Assembly (NCBI GenBank): GCA_047495785.1
Contig: JBLDXI010000009.1
Span: 3,224,001 to 3,288,000 of the forward strand
DNA length: 64,000 bases
Origin: Lepidodermella squamata
Lineage: Eukaryota; Animalia; Gastrotricha
Reading direction: 5' to 3'
Shown: positions 61,994 to 64,000 of the stretch, in pieces
How positions within the stretch are numbered: the first letter of the stretch is position 1
Layout of the letters: each line of letters begins with the position of its first letter
Made by a program: the position numbers and the translations under genes
Notes under the pieces: generated by a model
What the model saw: the letters and a program-made list of their open reading frames with translations, nothing else
The model's database searches: none
What the model was told of the DNA's origin: nothing

Positions 61994-64000
61994 TCTGGTC
62001 TGGAAATATTTATGATTTTCAACTGATCATTCATTCACTGCCCATGTCATGACATATGCATTATTATGCTGGCTATCGTCTGAGCTAATTTCGAATAAAG
62101 CCAGAATTATTGGATCATATTTTTTATTTTTAAAAATTCCTCTTTTTGTTGAATTTTTCAAGTAATTTCGTTCGTGTTGCGACGTAAGAGACCGCCAGTG
62201 CTAGCGCATATTTCTATATATCATTATACGGCTATATTGCGGCTGTTTACAACTGTGGAGCGGTTGCATCCCAAATTACTATCTCCGGTTCAAGGGCTAT
62301 AAAATTGCCATTAGCTGCGATTGCTATCTTGCGTTCTTGGACTCTTGAAGATAAAAGAAGATGAATTCATCTGCTTCGCCTATCCTTCCTATAATTCTTC
62401 AAAGTTTTCTCGCGATCTTCTGCAATTCTTCGATTGAAGATTTTACAGGTAGCAAAAACCAGCTGCCGTGACCAATGAAAAAGTATTATTATCCGTGACC
62501 CGTCGCAGTACATCTTTATTTTCAACGCAGCGAAATAATTGAAAATGAACAAAGGAAATGAAACCAAGAGAATAATTTATCACACTTTGTTTCAACAGAA
62601 ATGGCGATAACAGGTTGAATAATATCGGAAGAGCCAGCACTCAGCAATAGTATAGTAGCGACCTTTTGCCGGAATTTCGCTATTTTTCCATTTCCGATTC
62701 CCAATCAATATCCAATATCCAATCAGCTATAAATAAAGTGGAGATTTCGAGTAAAAGTTTAAGTAAAATAATCCTATCAACAACGCAGAAATTAAAATTT
62801 AATACAGCAGCTAATTGGATGTACTATTACTGTATACTATTAGATAGCTTCAGGAGATACGATAGTAATGAATCACTAATACCTATTTTAGAAATGAGCC
62901 ATTCTAAAAAAGTCTTTGATTTCTACGATAAATTATAGAATGATGCTAATGAACACGTAATATTACTGGAAGGAGATCTCGTCCATTGAAGTTTTGGCGG
63001 ATAAATCTTTGAAGTGTCGCAATTAGGAAACAAGCGGTCAGTAACGATTTCTGAAAATGTATCACTTAAAACCGAAATGAACTAACAATTTTCAAGAATC
63101 CATGACGGCGATACTCCATTGGTTATGTAACTAAAACTAACTAACTAACGATAACTAAATTGGCAAACCACAGAAATGGGACTGAAGGTAATATCAGAGT
63201 TTGTATGTGAATGAAAGGGGGGAGCAAACTTGTCACCCGTCAACTGTCTCTAATTGACGTGAACAAGCCCGATTCCGAGTTATTCAACGACGCTAACGAC
63301 TACGGGGCGGTGATGGTAATTCATCCTACACTGACTGCTTTGGTTTAGCTGTTTTCTTCCCCTTCAAAGCAAAGAATGTCCATATCTATTGGCCAATTAA
63401 GTGTTAAATTTCAATTCCTAACCCAGAGCAGATCAGATTGGTCTCTAAAAAGCTGCGCTTTGATTTAGCCTTGCAAGGCGTAGAACAAATCGCTCCATCG
63501 CTCCAGAGATCTACCTTAACCCTTTTTCACCGCCGGCATTTTTGGCGGCCGGAAAGCCTTGGCAGACAATCAGACAATCTCTGACAGCAGACAATCTCCG
63601 GCCGCACCAACATGGGAATGCTCTTTCATCGGCAGCAGATTTTTTAGCTTCAAGCACATTTTTCTTTCGCAATCGCGAGCGGAGGGGGTTAATTAACAGA
63701 GGCCTTTATAAACAAGTAATTACCTAAGCGGACTGCTTCCCCACAACTTGAGTCAATATGAGCGATTCCTTCAGCGGTACTTATTTTTCCTAAGCGATTC
63801 TATGCGCAGAGAGAACGAAGTGATCTATGCCTATGCTGTATAACTTTTTCCAGTACGGGCCACAGTTGTAAAGCGCTGGGCAGCCGACACAACTGGGGGT
63901 CTTAACTTCAATTCACCTTACTTGTTTTGCTCTAACTGTTTTCTACTCGAACAAAGATGATGGAAAATGTTCAAAATGGCCGCATTGGACCCACCAAACC

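Noticed and set aside
62298-62560. TATAAAA followed by an ATG and a mildly hydrophobic stretch, a possible ninth secreted gene
   Set aside because: The frame closes after 36 codons and candidate splices give no family-like second exon.
63131-63600. Short (CTAA)n and CAGACAATC repeats
   Set aside because: Only a few imperfect units; no array, spacer structure or transposon hallmarks.
1-64000. Many antisense or alternative-frame ORFs overlapping the GPCR, kinase, Sar1 and ankyrin exons, and ORF-terminal Trp residues in TM6
   Set aside because: Shadow ORFs of real coding exons. The terminal Trp is an artefact of a TG|GT donor; splicing restores the Cys of CWxP, so these receptors are not truncated pseudogenes.

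Overview
Eukaryotic DNA from a compact-genome animal (species not identifiable here), with mostly 45-70 nt GT-AG introns that fragment the ORF track. The window is dominated by a tandem array of 17 multi-exon, divergent class A (rhodopsin-like) GPCR genes, 16 on + and 1 on -. They share a very short N-terminus, DRY changed to DH(F/L/V/Y), an intact spliced CWxP, DPxxY, and a 70-150 aa hypervariable second extracellular loop carrying acidic amphipathic helices. Interleaved with the receptors are 8 small two-exon genes for predicted secreted proteins, mostly split or missed by the ORF track. Family A has 4 genes (C-x8-C-xNxSPxPFxxWA), there is one divergent A-like gene (C-x18-C), and family B has 3 genes (C-x2-C-x10/11-C-x16-C, LLRRxC). 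The co-clustering suggests, as inference only, an undescribed linked ligand-receptor locus for pheromone, hormone or recognition signalling. Other genes: an intronless divergent Sar1, a ceramide-kinase-like gene with a C-terminal membrane anchor, a NEK-like pseudokinase fused to an NHL-like propeller, and two intronless ankyrin-repeat paralogs. All gene models were spliced by hand and need transcript confirmation.
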